In this document: piece after piece, positions 10,146-20,549 of the stretch
Numbering within the stretch: the stretch's first letter is position 1
How the letters are laid out: each line of letters starts with the position of its first letter
NCBI GenBank assembly: GCA_049287185.1
Contig: JBAQFI010000004.1
Coordinates: forward strand, 8,125 to 72,124
Origin: Minisyncoccia bacterium
GTDB lineage: Bacteria; Patescibacteriota; Minisyncoccia; Phycocordibacterales; GWA1-40-21
Direction of reading: 5' to 3'
DNA: 64,000 nucleotides
Translations under genes and position numbers: made by a program
The notes under the pieces: model-generated
Told to the model about the DNA's origin: nothing
Databases searched by the model: none
Seen by the model: the letters and a program-made list of their open reading frames with translations, nothing else

Positions 10146-10919
10146 ATGAATAAAAAAGTATTAAGTATTGTTTTAGTTGCAATTGTAATTGTGGCCGGGG
10201 TCGCATATTACGGCTTTCAAAAAAGCTCTCTTTCTACCGGGATAGATAAAGATAGTGTAATGGGTATGATGAAGGAGAAAGGTGATACTGTTATGGATAA
10301 AGCGGAATATATTAGTAAATGTAAGGAATCTGATTTAGATACACAGGATATGTGTTATGCCTTAGGAGCTCTTTATTATCGAGACGCTAGTTTTTGTGGT
10401 TTGATAAAAAGTGCTGAAACAAAAGGAAACTGTAATGAAGAAAAAATTGAAGAGTGGTATGTCACCATGAAAAAAACTGGGGCCACTGGTTTTGAAAGTC
10501 TAGGTGGTTTGACGGGTCAATTACCAAATGCTGGCGATGGAATTTCTAATGGGGATGAACCATCACCTGCAGATGGTGATAATGAAAAGCCAATAGATTA
10601 TTACAACTCGACTAAGGATATAACGTCACTTTCCTCTGTGGCAAATGAAGTCAAAACCATTCTTGGTGAAGCTTGTGGGGCAGTTAAATTAAAACAAGTA
10701 CTCAAAGATCCAATGTCTAAAGCTGATATCTTTGTTTATGTTTGGAAGGAAGAGCCAACTGCAGAAAATTTAGAGAGTAGCTTTGTAAAAAATGGCTATA
10801 CTATAGAAATGTCTGGCGAGTCGCTTATTGTAAAGAAAGGAGATCTTGCGATCGCTGTTAGTTGGGTGGAAGAAATGGCTAGTCAAGAAATTGGTGTCAC
10901 ACCATTCAGCGACAATTAA
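10146..10919 (+). CDS. hypothetical membrane-anchored/secreted protein
   Basis: N-terminal TM/signal anchor, Cys-containing acidic ectodomain, no known motif. Confidence 0.45.
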   Translation: MNKKVLSIVLVAIVIVAGVAYYGFQKSSLSTGIDKDSVMGMMKEKGDTVMDKAEYISKCKESDLDTQDMCYALGALYYRDASFCGLIKSAETKGNCNEEKIEEWYVTMKKTGATGFESLGGLTGQLPNAGDGISNGDEPSPADGDNEKPIDYYNSTKDITSLSSVANEVKTILGEACGAVKLKQVLKDPMSKADIFVYVWKEEPTAENLESSFVKNGYTIEMSGESLIVKKGDLAIAVSWVEEMASQEIGVTPFSDN

Positions 10920-10936
10920 TTGTAAGAATAATAATT

Positions 10937-11176
10937 ATGACAAAAGAAGAAATATCAAACCTTATTAAGGAATATAATCAAAGACTATTAGCTAGAGGCA
11001 CAACCTTAGAGTTTATAGATTTTGAGGATAATAATCTTGAATTAAAATTTACCTGCCAAGATAAGACAGAGTTTTTAGTTCAAGGGAAAAGAGTGACATT
11101 TGCCGATGAAATTAAAAAAGAAATTGAAAAATACCTCAAAGCCAAGATTAATAAAGCTAAAATAATTTTTTTATAA
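10937..11176 (+). CDS. hypothetical protein (79 aa)
   Basis: Compact ORF tightly spaced with neighbours; K/E-rich. Confidence 0.35.
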   Translation: MTKEEISNLIKEYNQRLLARGTTLEFIDFEDNNLELKFTCQDKTEFLVQGKRVTFADEIKKEIEKYLKAKINKAKIIFL

Positions 11177-11180
11177 AAAT

Positions 11181-12404
11181 ATGATATTCGATGTTCAAAC
11201 CGGGCGTATTGATTTGGCTGTATCTGGAGAAAGTGCTTTTATTGTGAGAAAAGGGAAAAAGATTAAAATTCCTTCAGTTGAAACTAAAGCCAAATTGACT
11301 ACCGAATTATTAAAATCTGATGGCAAGGATATTGTTGAGATGCAAAAGTTTGAGAAAGAATATCCTAAGCTTACGGACGGTGATACGCTTGTGTCCGGTT
11401 CCAAAACCATAATCCGTGTCAGTAGTGATTTTAATGTTGGTAGAGATAAGCCACTAGAAGGTTATAAAAATAATTCTTCAAAAATTGTCAGTATGGGACC
11501 GAACAGTGAAATGGTGGTCAGTGGTTTTGAGACTTGGGACAAAACCGGCAAGGATAAAAAAAGAAATCATGGAGAAATGATAAAAAACATTGAATTAAAA
11601 AAGGGTTTTTTCTCAGTGTCCTATAGTAATACCGATGATATTTTGGTAACACCAATAGCTAATGTAAAATTTCTCGGCTTTGGTGGCTCCGGTGGTGTTT
11701 TTGATGTTTATGAAAATATTTTATATAGCAATGCTGGTGGGGAAAAAGGGGTTGAATACACAAACAAAAGAACCAAAGCTGTATATCTAGCCAAATCAAG
11801 TTCACCACAGGAAATAATTGTAAATGGCAGCGGAATTTATAAAAGAGGGGTGCTGTCAGCTGATGATCTCTTTTCTATTAATAATGGTCTTGGACTCATC
11901 TCATATTTTAGTAAAGTATTAACTAATTCTGCACCAGAAATTGATCCTAAAAAAATGGCGGATTCATATAAAAGCATACCAGATAATATGAATCAGGTAC
12001 TTGGAACATTTGAAATGTTTAGCCAGATGACCCCTGAAGACATGGAGAGGATGATGAAATTAAGTGAGGAGCATGGGGAAAAAATAGATCCTGAAATGAA
12101 GAAAAAAATTCGAGAGCAGATGAAAGAGCTGCCTGAGGCAATGAAAGAAATGCAAAAAGCTGGCTATATGGACCAAATGAAAAAAGCCATAGCGATGAAC
12201 AAAGGTATGATGGAAGGTCTTGGAAATGCCGGTATAGATAGATTAGCCAAGGCCTCTTCTGGCGCCATGAAACAAGTAAAAGATACTCATGGACAATTGG
12301 CGAAAATATATATAGGTGAAGGAGGGAAGTCAGTTGATCTGTCATCATATTTAGAATCACCAAGAAAATACAAGCCTTTAACTGACGCCAAAAAAGTTGC
12401 TTAA
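11181..12404 (+). CDS. hypothetical protein, paralog A (N-terminal beta-rich domain + K/E/M-rich helical tail)
   Basis: 407 aa. N-terminal segment FIVRKGKKIKIPSVE resembles YIKRGTKKVKLPKSS in the downstream ORF. C-terminal 100 aa is low-complexity helical (MERMMKLSEEHGEKIDPEMKKKIREQMKELPEAMKEMQKAGYMDQMKK). Confidence 0.5.
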   Translation: MIFDVQTGRIDLAVSGESAFIVRKGKKIKIPSVETKAKLTTELLKSDGKDIVEMQKFEKEYPKLTDGDTLVSGSKTIIRVSSDFNVGRDKPLEGYKNNSSKIVSMGPNSEMVVSGFETWDKTGKDKKRNHGEMIKNIELKKGFFSVSYSNTDDILVTPIANVKFLGFGGSGGVFDVYENILYSNAGGEKGVEYTNKRTKAVYLAKSSSPQEIIVNGSGIYKRGVLSADDLFSINNGLGLISYFSKVLTNSAPEIDPKKMADSYKSIPDNMNQVLGTFEMFSQMTPEDMERMMKLSEEHGEKIDPEMKKKIREQMKELPEAMKEMQKAGYMDQMKKAIAMNKGMMEGLGNAGIDRLAKASSGAMKQVKDTHGQLAKIYIGEGGKSVDLSSYLESPRKYKPLTDAKKVA

Positions 12405-12413
12405 AATAAAATT

Positions 12414-14057
12414 ATGGCTAAAAAATCTAATGGACAGGAAAAATCTAAAATAGAAAAGAAAACAAAAAGTACTAGCAAAGAAAGTGACGCTGATTTTCTA
12501 AAAAGGATTATAAGTATAAAAGAAAAGGCAATAAAAAAAGCTGGTGAAAATTCGTCGGCTTATATAAAAGAGATGGAAGAAGCCAGGGCTCAAGGAGCAG
12601 GTATCGGGAAAGATTTAGCCGAAAGGGAAGAGTGTGAAAAAATTGTCGAGGAATTCAAAAAGAATCCGCCATTACTAACAATAAGAACCATCGGTGGAAT
12701 ATCAGTGGAAAGATTTTATGATTCTAAAATTCAACCCAAAATAGACTTGCTTAAAAAATATAATTTATCATTTCCCTCTACTCAAAAAAGAACAGCCATA
12801 CAGCCAATTATTTTTGAAACTTTTGGCAACGCCTATATTAAAAGAGGTACTAAAAAAGTCAAATTGCCGAAAAGTTCCGCAGATTTACCTTTTATAATCA
12901 GAGATGGCGACATTATCGGTACTGAAAATAAATCATTCGTCCTGGAATTGAAAGACGAGAATCAGGATGAAGAAAATAACTTCTGGCACATATTTATCTT
13001 CCCTAACAGTGAGTTAAAAATTTCAGTTAAGGAAACTGTCTCACATCCAGCTCCAGCTTATATGATTCCAGAGCAGGTTCCAGAAGCAGTTAAAAGAGGT
13101 TCATCCTCAACCGTTTACGAGCATAAAATTGAAAAAATTGAATTATTAAGCGGACTTTTTAGTGTTAAGGTAAAAAAGAAAGGACGTGATGTAAATAATA
13201 TTGTTAAATTTGCCGCTGGCTTTCCTCAAATAGAATTTCATCAAACTGGTGGGTTAGCCAATGAAATGGTAAAGACTGAAATGGAAAAGGCTGTCAAAGC
13301 TTTGGGTAATAAATATTTAGCTGTCGTTGCCAATCAGCTTAGTGAATTAAAATCTTTTGACAGTAAAAAAGGTAGTGACGAAATAAATGCTCTTATTGAA
13401 TTAAATAAGGATGGTTCTGTCGTGGTGTTTAATACCAGTAATCGTATTTCCATTGGCGGTTCAAATAAACAAACAAAAAAGATTTCGACAGATATGTATA
13501 ATCCAGTAAAAATAACCGCAGTGGGAGGTTCCTTATATGAAACTGACGGCAGTAAAAATCCTGATCCAAGAATATCCGCCATCATGAAAATGTGGTTGAG
13601 CGTTTCTCAATATACTTATTCAATAAACGTAAAAAATGAGGTCGGAATGAAATCAAGTGAAAAATCATTGAACATTGAAGAAGCTGAAAGATTAGCTGAA
13701 TATGCCAAGACACTTGGTGATAAAGACATGGAGAGTGCAGCAAAAGTAATTTTGCAAAGAAAAAAGAATGATGAAGCTATGATGAAAGGTCTGGCTACAC
13801 GGGCAGCTGATAAAGAAGGACAAAGAAGGGAGGCTAAAGAACAATTGAAATTTGCCGAGGAATCTGGTGAAAAAGAATTAATAGAAGTAGCCAAGGCCCA
13901 GCTTAAGGCGATAGATACACCAAATATTGGCCTAAGTGTCGCTAATGCCGAAGCACGAGTTTTACAAATGGCTGAAGACACTCTAAATAAAGTCGGTTCT
14001 TTGGTTGAGGGTAATTTACCTTCATATAATCGTCCGAGTGGAGCCGATGTTGTATAA
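12414..14057 (+). CDS. hypothetical protein, paralog B (same architecture as 11181-12404)
   Basis: 547 aa. Shares the basic N-terminal module and a charged coiled-coil-like C-terminal tail (EAERLAEYAKTLGDKDMESAAKV...EGQRREAKEQLKFAEESGEKELIEVAKAQLKA). Confidence 0.5.
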   Translation: MAKKSNGQEKSKIEKKTKSTSKESDADFLKRIISIKEKAIKKAGENSSAYIKEMEEARAQGAGIGKDLAEREECEKIVEEFKKNPPLLTIRTIGGISVERFYDSKIQPKIDLLKKYNLSFPSTQKRTAIQPIIFETFGNAYIKRGTKKVKLPKSSADLPFIIRDGDIIGTENKSFVLELKDENQDEENNFWHIFIFPNSELKISVKETVSHPAPAYMIPEQVPEAVKRGSSSTVYEHKIEKIELLSGLFSVKVKKKGRDVNNIVKFAAGFPQIEFHQTGGLANEMVKTEMEKAVKALGNKYLAVVANQLSELKSFDSKKGSDEINALIELNKDGSVVVFNTSNRISIGGSNKQTKKISTDMYNPVKITAVGGSLYETDGSKNPDPRISAIMKMWLSVSQYTYSINVKNEVGMKSSEKSLNIEEAERLAEYAKTLGDKDMESAAKVILQRKKNDEAMMKGLATRAADKEGQRREAKEQLKFAEESGEKELIEVAKAQLKAIDTPNIGLSVANAEARVLQMAEDTLNKVGSLVEGNLPSYNRPSGADVV

Positions 14058-14113
14058 TTGTAGTTAAACGGTATAATTTTAAGAGTATATTATTAGTCTA
14101 ATAAAATAAAAAT

Positions 14114-14401
14114 ATGGGATTTCTTGATGATTTAACCGGTAAGATAAAAAATGAAGTAAGTTGGAAAGTTGGACAAGGAGTGTCCACTGGGATTAGTAAA
14201 GTAGCTTCTAAAATTTTTGACAAAAAAGCACCAGAAGCTAAAGTACCAAAATGTCCAAAGTGTAAGAAGGAGATAACTGATCCAGCTCTGAGATTTTGCC
14301 CAGAATGTGGAGCAAAGTTAATTGTAACCTGTTCAAAATGCAACATTGACTATCCAATAGGAACAAAATTCTGTACTCAATGTGGAGAAGTCTTAAAATA
14401 G
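14114..14401 (+). CDS. double zinc-ribbon protein
   Basis: Two CxxC...CxxC ribbons: CPKCKK...CPECGAKL and CSKCN...CTQCGE. Confidence 0.55.
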   Translation: MGFLDDLTGKIKNEVSWKVGQGVSTGISKVASKIFDKKAPEAKVPKCPKCKKEITDPALRFCPECGAKLIVTCSKCNIDYPIGTKFCTQCGEVLK

Positions 14402-15168
14402 ATTTAAAATCAATGTTGATGAAAAACAAACTACTAATTATTGGTACTACATTAATAATATTTCTAGCTGTCATACTAGGTATTAGATTTTTTTCTGGTG
14501 AAGATAATTGGTTGTGTAAAGATGGACAATGGATTAAACATGGTCAGCCAAGTTCAGAAATGCCGTTAGTCGGTTGTGGTGATATTTCAGAACAAAATAA
14601 GTTACCAGATGGTTATACTTTAAATAGCTATAAAATAACCGAAATCTTAAATAAATCCTGTCAAAAAGATACAGAGTGTGAAACACCAGGAGATTATTTA
14701 ATCAGATCAAATTGCCCATACACCTCTTTATGCTTGGAAAAAAAGTGTACAGTGGTTTGTCCGACTCAAACACAAAACTCTGTGAGCAGTAGTACTTTAA
14801 TTGGAGGAGATAGAGATGAACATGGTTGCCTTGGTCCAGCTGGTTATTCGTGGTGCCCGGCCAAGCAAAAGTGTCTACGCGTTTGGGAGGAAACTTGTGA
14901 AGTGAAGGCTGTCGAACCAAAATGTGAGTTGGAAAATTGTCATGGTTTAGACATAAAATGTGGTGCCAATCCGCCAGAAATTTGTAATGAAATGTATGGA
15001 ATAGGTGATAGATGCTTACAATATGCCAAATGTGGTATTCAGAATGGAAGTTGTCAGCAAATCCAAAACTCTCAATTTACCCAATGTAAATCTTGCGTTC
15101 AAAAATGTGTAGATACTAACAGTGGTGATATTATTAAAGCGTTTGAGTGTGAGAGTAAATGTAATTAA
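14380..15168 (+). CDS. secreted cysteine-rich protein
   Basis: N-terminal signal anchor, then ~30 Cys in repeated CxxxxC/CxxC spacing. No catalytic motif. Confidence 0.45.
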   Translation: MWRSLKIDLKSMLMKNKLLIIGTTLIIFLAVILGIRFFSGEDNWLCKDGQWIKHGQPSSEMPLVGCGDISEQNKLPDGYTLNSYKITEILNKSCQKDTECETPGDYLIRSNCPYTSLCLEKKCTVVCPTQTQNSVSSSTLIGGDRDEHGCLGPAGYSWCPAKQKCLRVWEETCEVKAVEPKCELENCHGLDIKCGANPPEICNEMYGIGDRCLQYAKCGIQNGSCQQIQNSQFTQCKSCVQKCVDTNSGDIIKAFECESKCN

Positions 15169-15355
15169 AATTAGACAAAAATATGATTAAGAAAAATTAT
15201 GAAGGTATCATCTCCATCGTTGCCGCTATTCTAGTCTTGTTTTCGGCTGTGGTTGATCCAAAAGTTTCTATGGTTGTAGCAGTGCTCGCCCTATCATATT
15301 TGGCTTACTATAACTTCATGGAAAAATAGTCTTTGAATCTAGTTCATGATTATCT

Positions 15356-16036
15356 ATGGATAAAAGTGTAAAAGAAATAAATATTGAATCGGAGTGGAAG
15401 GAATCACTCCAAGATTATTTCAATTCTGTAAAATTTAAAGAATTGGCGGATTTTGTGCGAAAAGAATACAAAACAAAAAAAGTTTTTCCCAAACCACAAG
15501 ATATTTTTAATGCTTTTTCGTTAACACCTTTTTCTCAAGTAAAGGTAGTAATTTTGGGACAGGATCCATATCATGATGATGGTCAGGCTCACGGGCTTTG
15601 TTTTTCGGTTCCAACTGGTGAGAATCCACCACCATCTCTTAAAAATATCTATAAAGAAATTGAAAATGATCTGGGAATTAAAAAAGATTTTACCAATGGA
15701 AATTTAGAAGCTTGGGCCAGACAAGGTGTTTTTCTTTTAAATGCCATTTTAAGTGTTGTAGCTCACACTCCTGCTTCCCATCGGGGTAAAGGTTGGGAAG
15801 AATTTACTGACACGGTTGTCAAAACTCTCTCCGATAAACATGAAAATATTGTTTTTATGCTCTGGGGTAATTATGCCCGTAGTAAGAAAAATTTAATTGA
15901 TTCTAGTAAACATTTGATATTGGAGGCACCACACCCGTCACCATTTTCCGCACATTCTGGATTTTTCGGTTGCAAACATTTTTCGAAGGTTAATAAGTAT
16001 TTGAAAGAGCATAGGAAGAAAGAGGTTGAATGGTAA
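15356..16036 (+). CDS. ung: uracil-DNA glycosylase (family 1)
   Basis: Water-activating loop ILGQDPYH, GLCFSV, LLNAILSV, and HPSPFSAHSGFFGC (the HPSPLS leucine-loop motif). Confidence 0.9.
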   Translation: MDKSVKEINIESEWKESLQDYFNSVKFKELADFVRKEYKTKKVFPKPQDIFNAFSLTPFSQVKVVILGQDPYHDDGQAHGLCFSVPTGENPPPSLKNIYKEIENDLGIKKDFTNGNLEAWARQGVFLLNAILSVVAHTPASHRGKGWEEFTDTVVKTLSDKHENIVFMLWGNYARSKKNLIDSSKHLILEAPHPSPFSAHSGFFGCKHFSKVNKYLKEHRKKEVEW

Positions 16037-16048
16037 ATAGTATTTTTT

Positions 16049-16130
16049 CTGTCATTCCCGCGCAGGCGGGAATCCAGGATTAATTGCAATATTTAGAAGA
16101 TCTGGATTCCCGCCTGCGCGGGAATGACAG
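16049..16130. repeat. REP-like element: perfect 29-bp inverted duplication of the family A palindrome
   Basis: ctgtcattcccgcgcaggcgggaatccag (16049-16077) is the exact reverse complement of ctggattcccgcctgcgcgggaatgacag (16102-16130). Each arm is itself palindromic around cccgc-NNNN-gcggg. Confidence 0.8.
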
Positions 16131-16174
16131 AAAGTTATATTTCTAGCTTTTGAGTCATTTTTGATATATATTTA

Positions 16175-17842
16175 ATGATAATTATGAAAGATGCCAAATT
16201 AATTGCTGCCAAACTTTTTCCTGAGGTCAAATTAACAATAGAGGAAATCGAAAAAAAATATCCACCTAGAAATCTGCCAGCAGGTGCTATGGTGACTCGC
16301 CTCGGACCTAGCCCAACCGGTTTTATGCATATTGGTCATCTAGCCTCTGCCCTTGCTGATTATCGTCTAGCCAAACAAACTAATGGTGTTTTTTACTTGC
16401 GTATTGAAGATACAGATCAGAAACGTGAAATAGAAGGGGCCAGCAAAGTCATCATTGATTCTCTAACCCGTTATGATCTTTTGCCGGATGAAGGCGAAAC
16501 AAAAGTCGGGGAGGAGATCGGTGCTTATGGTTCATATAAACAAAGTAAGCGTTTAGATTATTATCATACTTATACAAAATGGCTGGTGGAGAATAATTTA
16601 GCTTACCCATGTTTTTTAACTAGTGAGGAATTAGAAAAAATACATGAGTCACAGGAACAGGCAAAAATTCGACCCGGTTACCGTGGTGAATGGGCAATTT
16701 GGCGTGATAAAGAAGATGAAGAAATTTTATCCGAACTTGATGCCAAGACACCTTTTGTCATTCGTTTTCGCTCCAATGGTAATTTTGAAAATAAAATAAA
16801 AGTTACCGATATGATTCGTGGTGAGCGTGAATTGTCAGAAAACGATTTAGATTTGGTTTTACTAAAGTCTGATGGCTATCCAACCTACCATTTAGCTCAT
16901 GTCATTGATGATCATCTAATGAAGACCACTCACGTTTTGCGTGGTGATGAATGGTTGTCATCTCTACCAATTCATTTACAATTATTTAAAGCTTTTGGTT
17001 GGTCTGCTCCGGAATATGGACATCTTTCACCGATGCAAAAAATTGATGAAGGTGGAAGCCGTCGCAAAATCAGTAAACGTAAAGATCCAGAGGCTAACGT
17101 TCAGTTTTATAGTGACGCAGGATACCCACCAGTCGCAATGATTGAATATCTTCTAAATTTATACAATTCAAACTTTGAAGATTGGCGTAAAGCAAATCCA
17201 ACCACTCCCAATTCAGAATTTAAATTAGACGTTAAAAAATTTAGTTTAAGTGGAGCCTTGTTTGACGAAAATAAATTGTTAGATATTAGTAAAAATATAA
17301 TTGCTAGTATGGAAGCCAACGCTGTTAATCATAGTGCCTGGCGCTGGGCGACCATGCATGATCCGGATTTTGCCAAGCTACTTTCTAGAGACATTGAATA
17401 TACCCAAGCCATCTTTGGTATTGAACGTGGCGGACCCACTGGTCGGAAGGATATCGGAAAATGGTCGGACGTAAAAAAAGAAGTTGGTTATTTTTTCGAT
17501 GAACTTTTCTGTTTAAACCCCGAAGATGCTAAAAAAATACTGGGTGATTTTGACTGGGAGACAGTTAAAGAAGCTGGTAAAAAATTAATTGAGGATTACA
17601 ACGAGAATGATATAAAAGATGTTTGGTTTGATCATATTAAGAAGATTGCTGATAGTCTAGGTTATGCTTCAAGCGCCAAGGAATTTAAAAATGATCCAAG
17701 TAAATATAAAGGACAAGTCGGTGATGTAGCGAGAATCTACAGGGTTCTACTAACTGGTAGGACGATTTCACCAGATTTGCATCAGGTGATGAAAGTTTTG
17801 GGGAAGGAGAGAGTAGTTAGAAGACTAAAAAACTTTTTTTAA
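16175..17842 (+). CDS. gltX: glutamate--tRNA ligase
   Basis: Class I aaRS HIGH motif (PSPTGFMHIGHLASAL) and KMSKS-type KISKRK. Glu/Gln-family catalytic core. Confidence 0.85.
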   Translation: MIIMKDAKLIAAKLFPEVKLTIEEIEKKYPPRNLPAGAMVTRLGPSPTGFMHIGHLASALADYRLAKQTNGVFYLRIEDTDQKREIEGASKVIIDSLTRYDLLPDEGETKVGEEIGAYGSYKQSKRLDYYHTYTKWLVENNLAYPCFLTSEELEKIHESQEQAKIRPGYRGEWAIWRDKEDEEILSELDAKTPFVIRFRSNGNFENKIKVTDMIRGERELSENDLDLVLLKSDGYPTYHLAHVIDDHLMKTTHVLRGDEWLSSLPIHLQLFKAFGWSAPEYGHLSPMQKIDEGGSRRKISKRKDPEANVQFYSDAGYPPVAMIEYLLNLYNSNFEDWRKANPTTPNSEFKLDVKKFSLSGALFDENKLLDISKNIIASMEANAVNHSAWRWATMHDPDFAKLLSRDIEYTQAIFGIERGGPTGRKDIGKWSDVKKEVGYFFDELFCLNPEDAKKILGDFDWETVKEAGKKLIEDYNENDIKDVWFDHIKKIADSLGYASSAKEFKNDPSKYKGQVGDVARIYRVLLTGRTISPDLHQVMKVLGKERVVRRLKNFF

Positions 17843-17898
17843 CTCAAAAATCAAAACTTAAATCTCAAAAATTAATATAAAAAATCAAAAGTAAGATA

Positions 17899-17931
17899 AG
17901 ACCGGATTTTCGCGTAGCGAAAATCCGGTCT
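17899..17931. terminator. bidirectional terminator between convergent gltX and comFC
   Basis: agaccggattttcg-cgtag-cgaaaatccggtct perfect 14-bp stem. It is flanked on both sides by ~55 bp of AT-rich imperfectly inverted sequence. Confidence 0.7.
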
Positions 17932-17990
17932 TAAACTTTTAAGTTTTAATATTAAGTTTTGAACTTTGATTTTCGAGTTTTGAATTTATT

Positions 17991-18647
17991 TTAATGTGCT
18001 ACCGCGACACAAATTACCTTTTTAGCGCCAGCCTGGCGCAAGGTATTTTTTGCTTCTTTCATAGTGGCTCCAGTGGTGATCACATCATCAAGTAAAATTA
18101 TGTTTTTTCCTTCAACATCCGAACTGGCCGAAAAACAATTTTTCAAATTATTAAGTCGCTCAGTACGATTTCTAGTATGAGATTGACTATCTGTTGAACG
18201 AACTTTTTTTAGCCAGTCACTATTTAATTTAAAATTTTCCCCTTTGTCAATTTTAACTAATTCTTTAGCTAGCTTCCCAGCTTGATTATAGCCTCGTTCC
18301 CTTAACCTTTCAGGTGATAGGGGTATAGGCACAATAATTGGTTCAGTAAAATTTTGCCAGGTGGATGCCTCGCTGAGTTCTATTAGCAGATAATCATAAA
18401 TTACCAGCGCCATTTTACGTGTGATGGCTCGGTTACCACGATATTTCATCTCCCAAATGGCGGTTCTAGTTAAAGGGTGTTTGTAAGAAAGAATGGCTAT
18501 TGAATTTTTGTCCGGAAGTGAATCAGACCGTGAAATTTCGCTAATAATCTCTTCGACAGACAACCCAATTAGCCTTTGAACTAAAGGTGGTGGAGGGAAA
18601 ACTGTGTCAATTATAAAGGACACTAATAGGTTTAATCTTGATAACAT
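17991..18647 (-). CDS. comFC: ComF family phosphoribosyltransferase (competence protein ComFC)
   Basis: C-terminal PRTase motif NIILLDDVITTGATMKEAKNTLRQAGAKKV and the ComF-type N-terminal region. Confidence 0.75.
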   Translation of the reverse strand: MLSRLNLLVSFIIDTVFPPPPLVQRLIGLSVEEIISEISRSDSLPDKNSIAILSYKHPLTRTAIWEMKYRGNRAITRKMALVIYDYLLIELSEASTWQNFTEPIIVPIPLSPERLRERGYNQAGKLAKELVKIDKGENFKLNSDWLKKVRSTDSQSHTRNRTERLNNLKNCFSASSDVEGKNIILLDDVITTGATMKEAKNTLRQAGAKKVICVAVAH

Positions 18648-18710
18648 TTTAATATGGTTTATGTTATAATATTACGGTAAATTTAGTTTTTTTGCTAAAT
18701 ATTTGTCGCT

Positions 18711-19826
18711 ATGAATAATTTTCTTTCAAAAACATTTGATTCATTTTTTAAAAAAGAAGTTGGCAGTGTCATTGGTTTGGACATTGGCAGTTCTTCTGTG
18801 AAAATTGTTCAACTAAAGAAAAAGAAGGGTAGAGCCGTTCTTGAAACTTATGGAGAAATTGCTATTGGTCCCTATGCCAACCAAGAAATTGGGCGAGCTA
18901 CAAATTTATCCCTAGATAAACTTTCTGAAGCCATATTAGATTTAATCAAAGAGGCCAATGTTACCTCAAATGTTTGTTGTACTTCTATACCGATAACTTC
19001 AAGTTTAATTTCTTTTATAAAAGTTCCAGATCTTGGAGAAAAAAAACTGGCTGAAATTATTCCCCTTGAAGCTCGTAAATACATTCCTGTGCCAACATCT
19101 GAAGTGACAATCGACTATTGGGTAATTCCAACTGAAGAAAGTGCTTTTTCTGAGTTTCAATCTAGTGCCAAAATTTTAGATGAAAAAATTAAGAATGTTT
19201 TGCTGGTGGTTGTTCACAATGATGCCAAATCTAAAAATGATCAGTTGATGAAAATGTCCGGTCTAGTTGCCGCCTCTTCAGAGATTGAATTATTTAGCAC
19301 CATTAGGGCAGTTACTGAACCAGGTTTGGAAACCCAAATGATATTAGATTTTGGTGCCAGAACAACCAAAATATATATTATCGATAGAGGAATCCTCCGA
19401 GCCTCAAATATTGTAAATCGTGGAGGACAAGACATCACCCTCGCTATTTCTCGTTCCCTCGGTTTAAGTTTTGATGAAGCAGAAAGAATTAAGAAATCCA
19501 CTCCCGGCGGAAGTGTTATCAGAGATGTCAGCGATCTTTCCTCAGTAAATTTAGACTTTATTTTTTCAGAGGTTAAGAGAGTCATTGTTAATTATCAAAA
19601 AAATTATAATAAAAACATTAGCAAAGTCTTTTTGACTGGTGGAGGAGCAAATCTCAAGGGTTTAAATGAATCGGTTAAAGTTGCTCTAGATTTACCGGTA
19701 GAGAAGGGAAATCCCTTTGGTAAACTAGAATACCCCGCCTTTTTGGAAAACGTTTTAAAGTCAGTTGGACCAGAATTCACTGTAGCTATTGGTCTCGCGC
19801 TACGTCAATTACTAGACAATGATTAG
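18711..19826 (+). CDS. pilM: type IV pilus assembly protein PilM (actin-like ATPase)
   Basis: N-terminal GLDIGSSSVKIVQL phosphate-1 motif and actin/FtsA-like fold signature. First gene of the pilM-N-O cluster. Confidence 0.85.
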   Translation: MNNFLSKTFDSFFKKEVGSVIGLDIGSSSVKIVQLKKKKGRAVLETYGEIAIGPYANQEIGRATNLSLDKLSEAILDLIKEANVTSNVCCTSIPITSSLISFIKVPDLGEKKLAEIIPLEARKYIPVPTSEVTIDYWVIPTEESAFSEFQSSAKILDEKIKNVLLVVVHNDAKSKNDQLMKMSGLVAASSEIELFSTIRAVTEPGLETQMILDFGARTTKIYIIDRGILRASNIVNRGGQDITLAISRSLGLSFDEAERIKKSTPGGSVIRDVSDLSSVNLDFIFSEVKRVIVNYQKNYNKNISKVFLTGGGANLKGLNESVKVALDLPVEKGNPFGKLEYPAFLENVLKSVGPEFTVAIGLALRQLLDND

Positions 19827-19900
19827 GCACTAGTCTTTTATTTGCTAAAGTATTATAATATTAGTAGTGGGTTTTAAAATCTAACTTTTACAAAGTACAT

Positions 19901-20545
19901 ATGGATAATAATTTTCAAACATCTTTTATACCAAAGAAACCGATGACGGTAGAAAAGTCTACCACTGGTTCCGGTATCAATATTTTTTTGGTAATTTCTG
20001 TTTTTATCTTTATTATTTCAATTATCTCCTCCGCCGGAGTTTATTTTTGGCACACATCCTTAACTGAAGGCTTGGCTGGTAAAGTTGCTGCTCTGAGAAA
20101 ATTACAAGAGGAGCCAACTACTCTAAGTAATATTATTGCTTTCGATAAACAATTAAACCTAACTGAGAAGATTTTAAATAAGCATGTAGCCGTATCCCCG
20201 ATACTAGATTATCTCGGTCAAAATACTGCTCAAGACGTTCGCTTTAAGAGTTTAACTTTTTCTTACAAAGATCCAACTGTCACTAATATAAAAATGTCTG
20301 GTGTCGCCAGAGATTTCAATACCATTGCTGGTCAGTCCGATGCATTTAAAAGAGCTGGTGGTTTTTCAAATCTAATTTTTTCTGATTTCGTTCCAACTTT
20401 AACTGGAGCCGTATCTTTTAGTTTGTCAGCCGATCTAGACCAAAGTTTGACCAATTATAAAACTATCAAAGAGGCAGTTTCAGAAAATCAAAACCCAATT
20501 ATGGAGCAGGGAGCAGCTCCAGTTGAACAAGTAGATAATTTTTAA
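19901..20545 (+). CDS. pilN: type IV pilus assembly protein PilN-like
   Basis: Single N-terminal TM then periplasmic domain. Position directly after pilM. Confidence 0.6.
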   Translation: MDNNFQTSFIPKKPMTVEKSTTGSGINIFLVISVFIFIISIISSAGVYFWHTSLTEGLAGKVAALRKLQEEPTTLSNIIAFDKQLNLTEKILNKHVAVSPILDYLGQNTAQDVRFKSLTFSYKDPTVTNIKMSGVARDFNTIAGQSDAFKRAGGFSNLIFSDFVPTLTGAVSFSLSADLDQSLTNYKTIKEAVSENQNPIMEQGAAPVEQVDNF

Positions 20546-20549
20546 AAAT

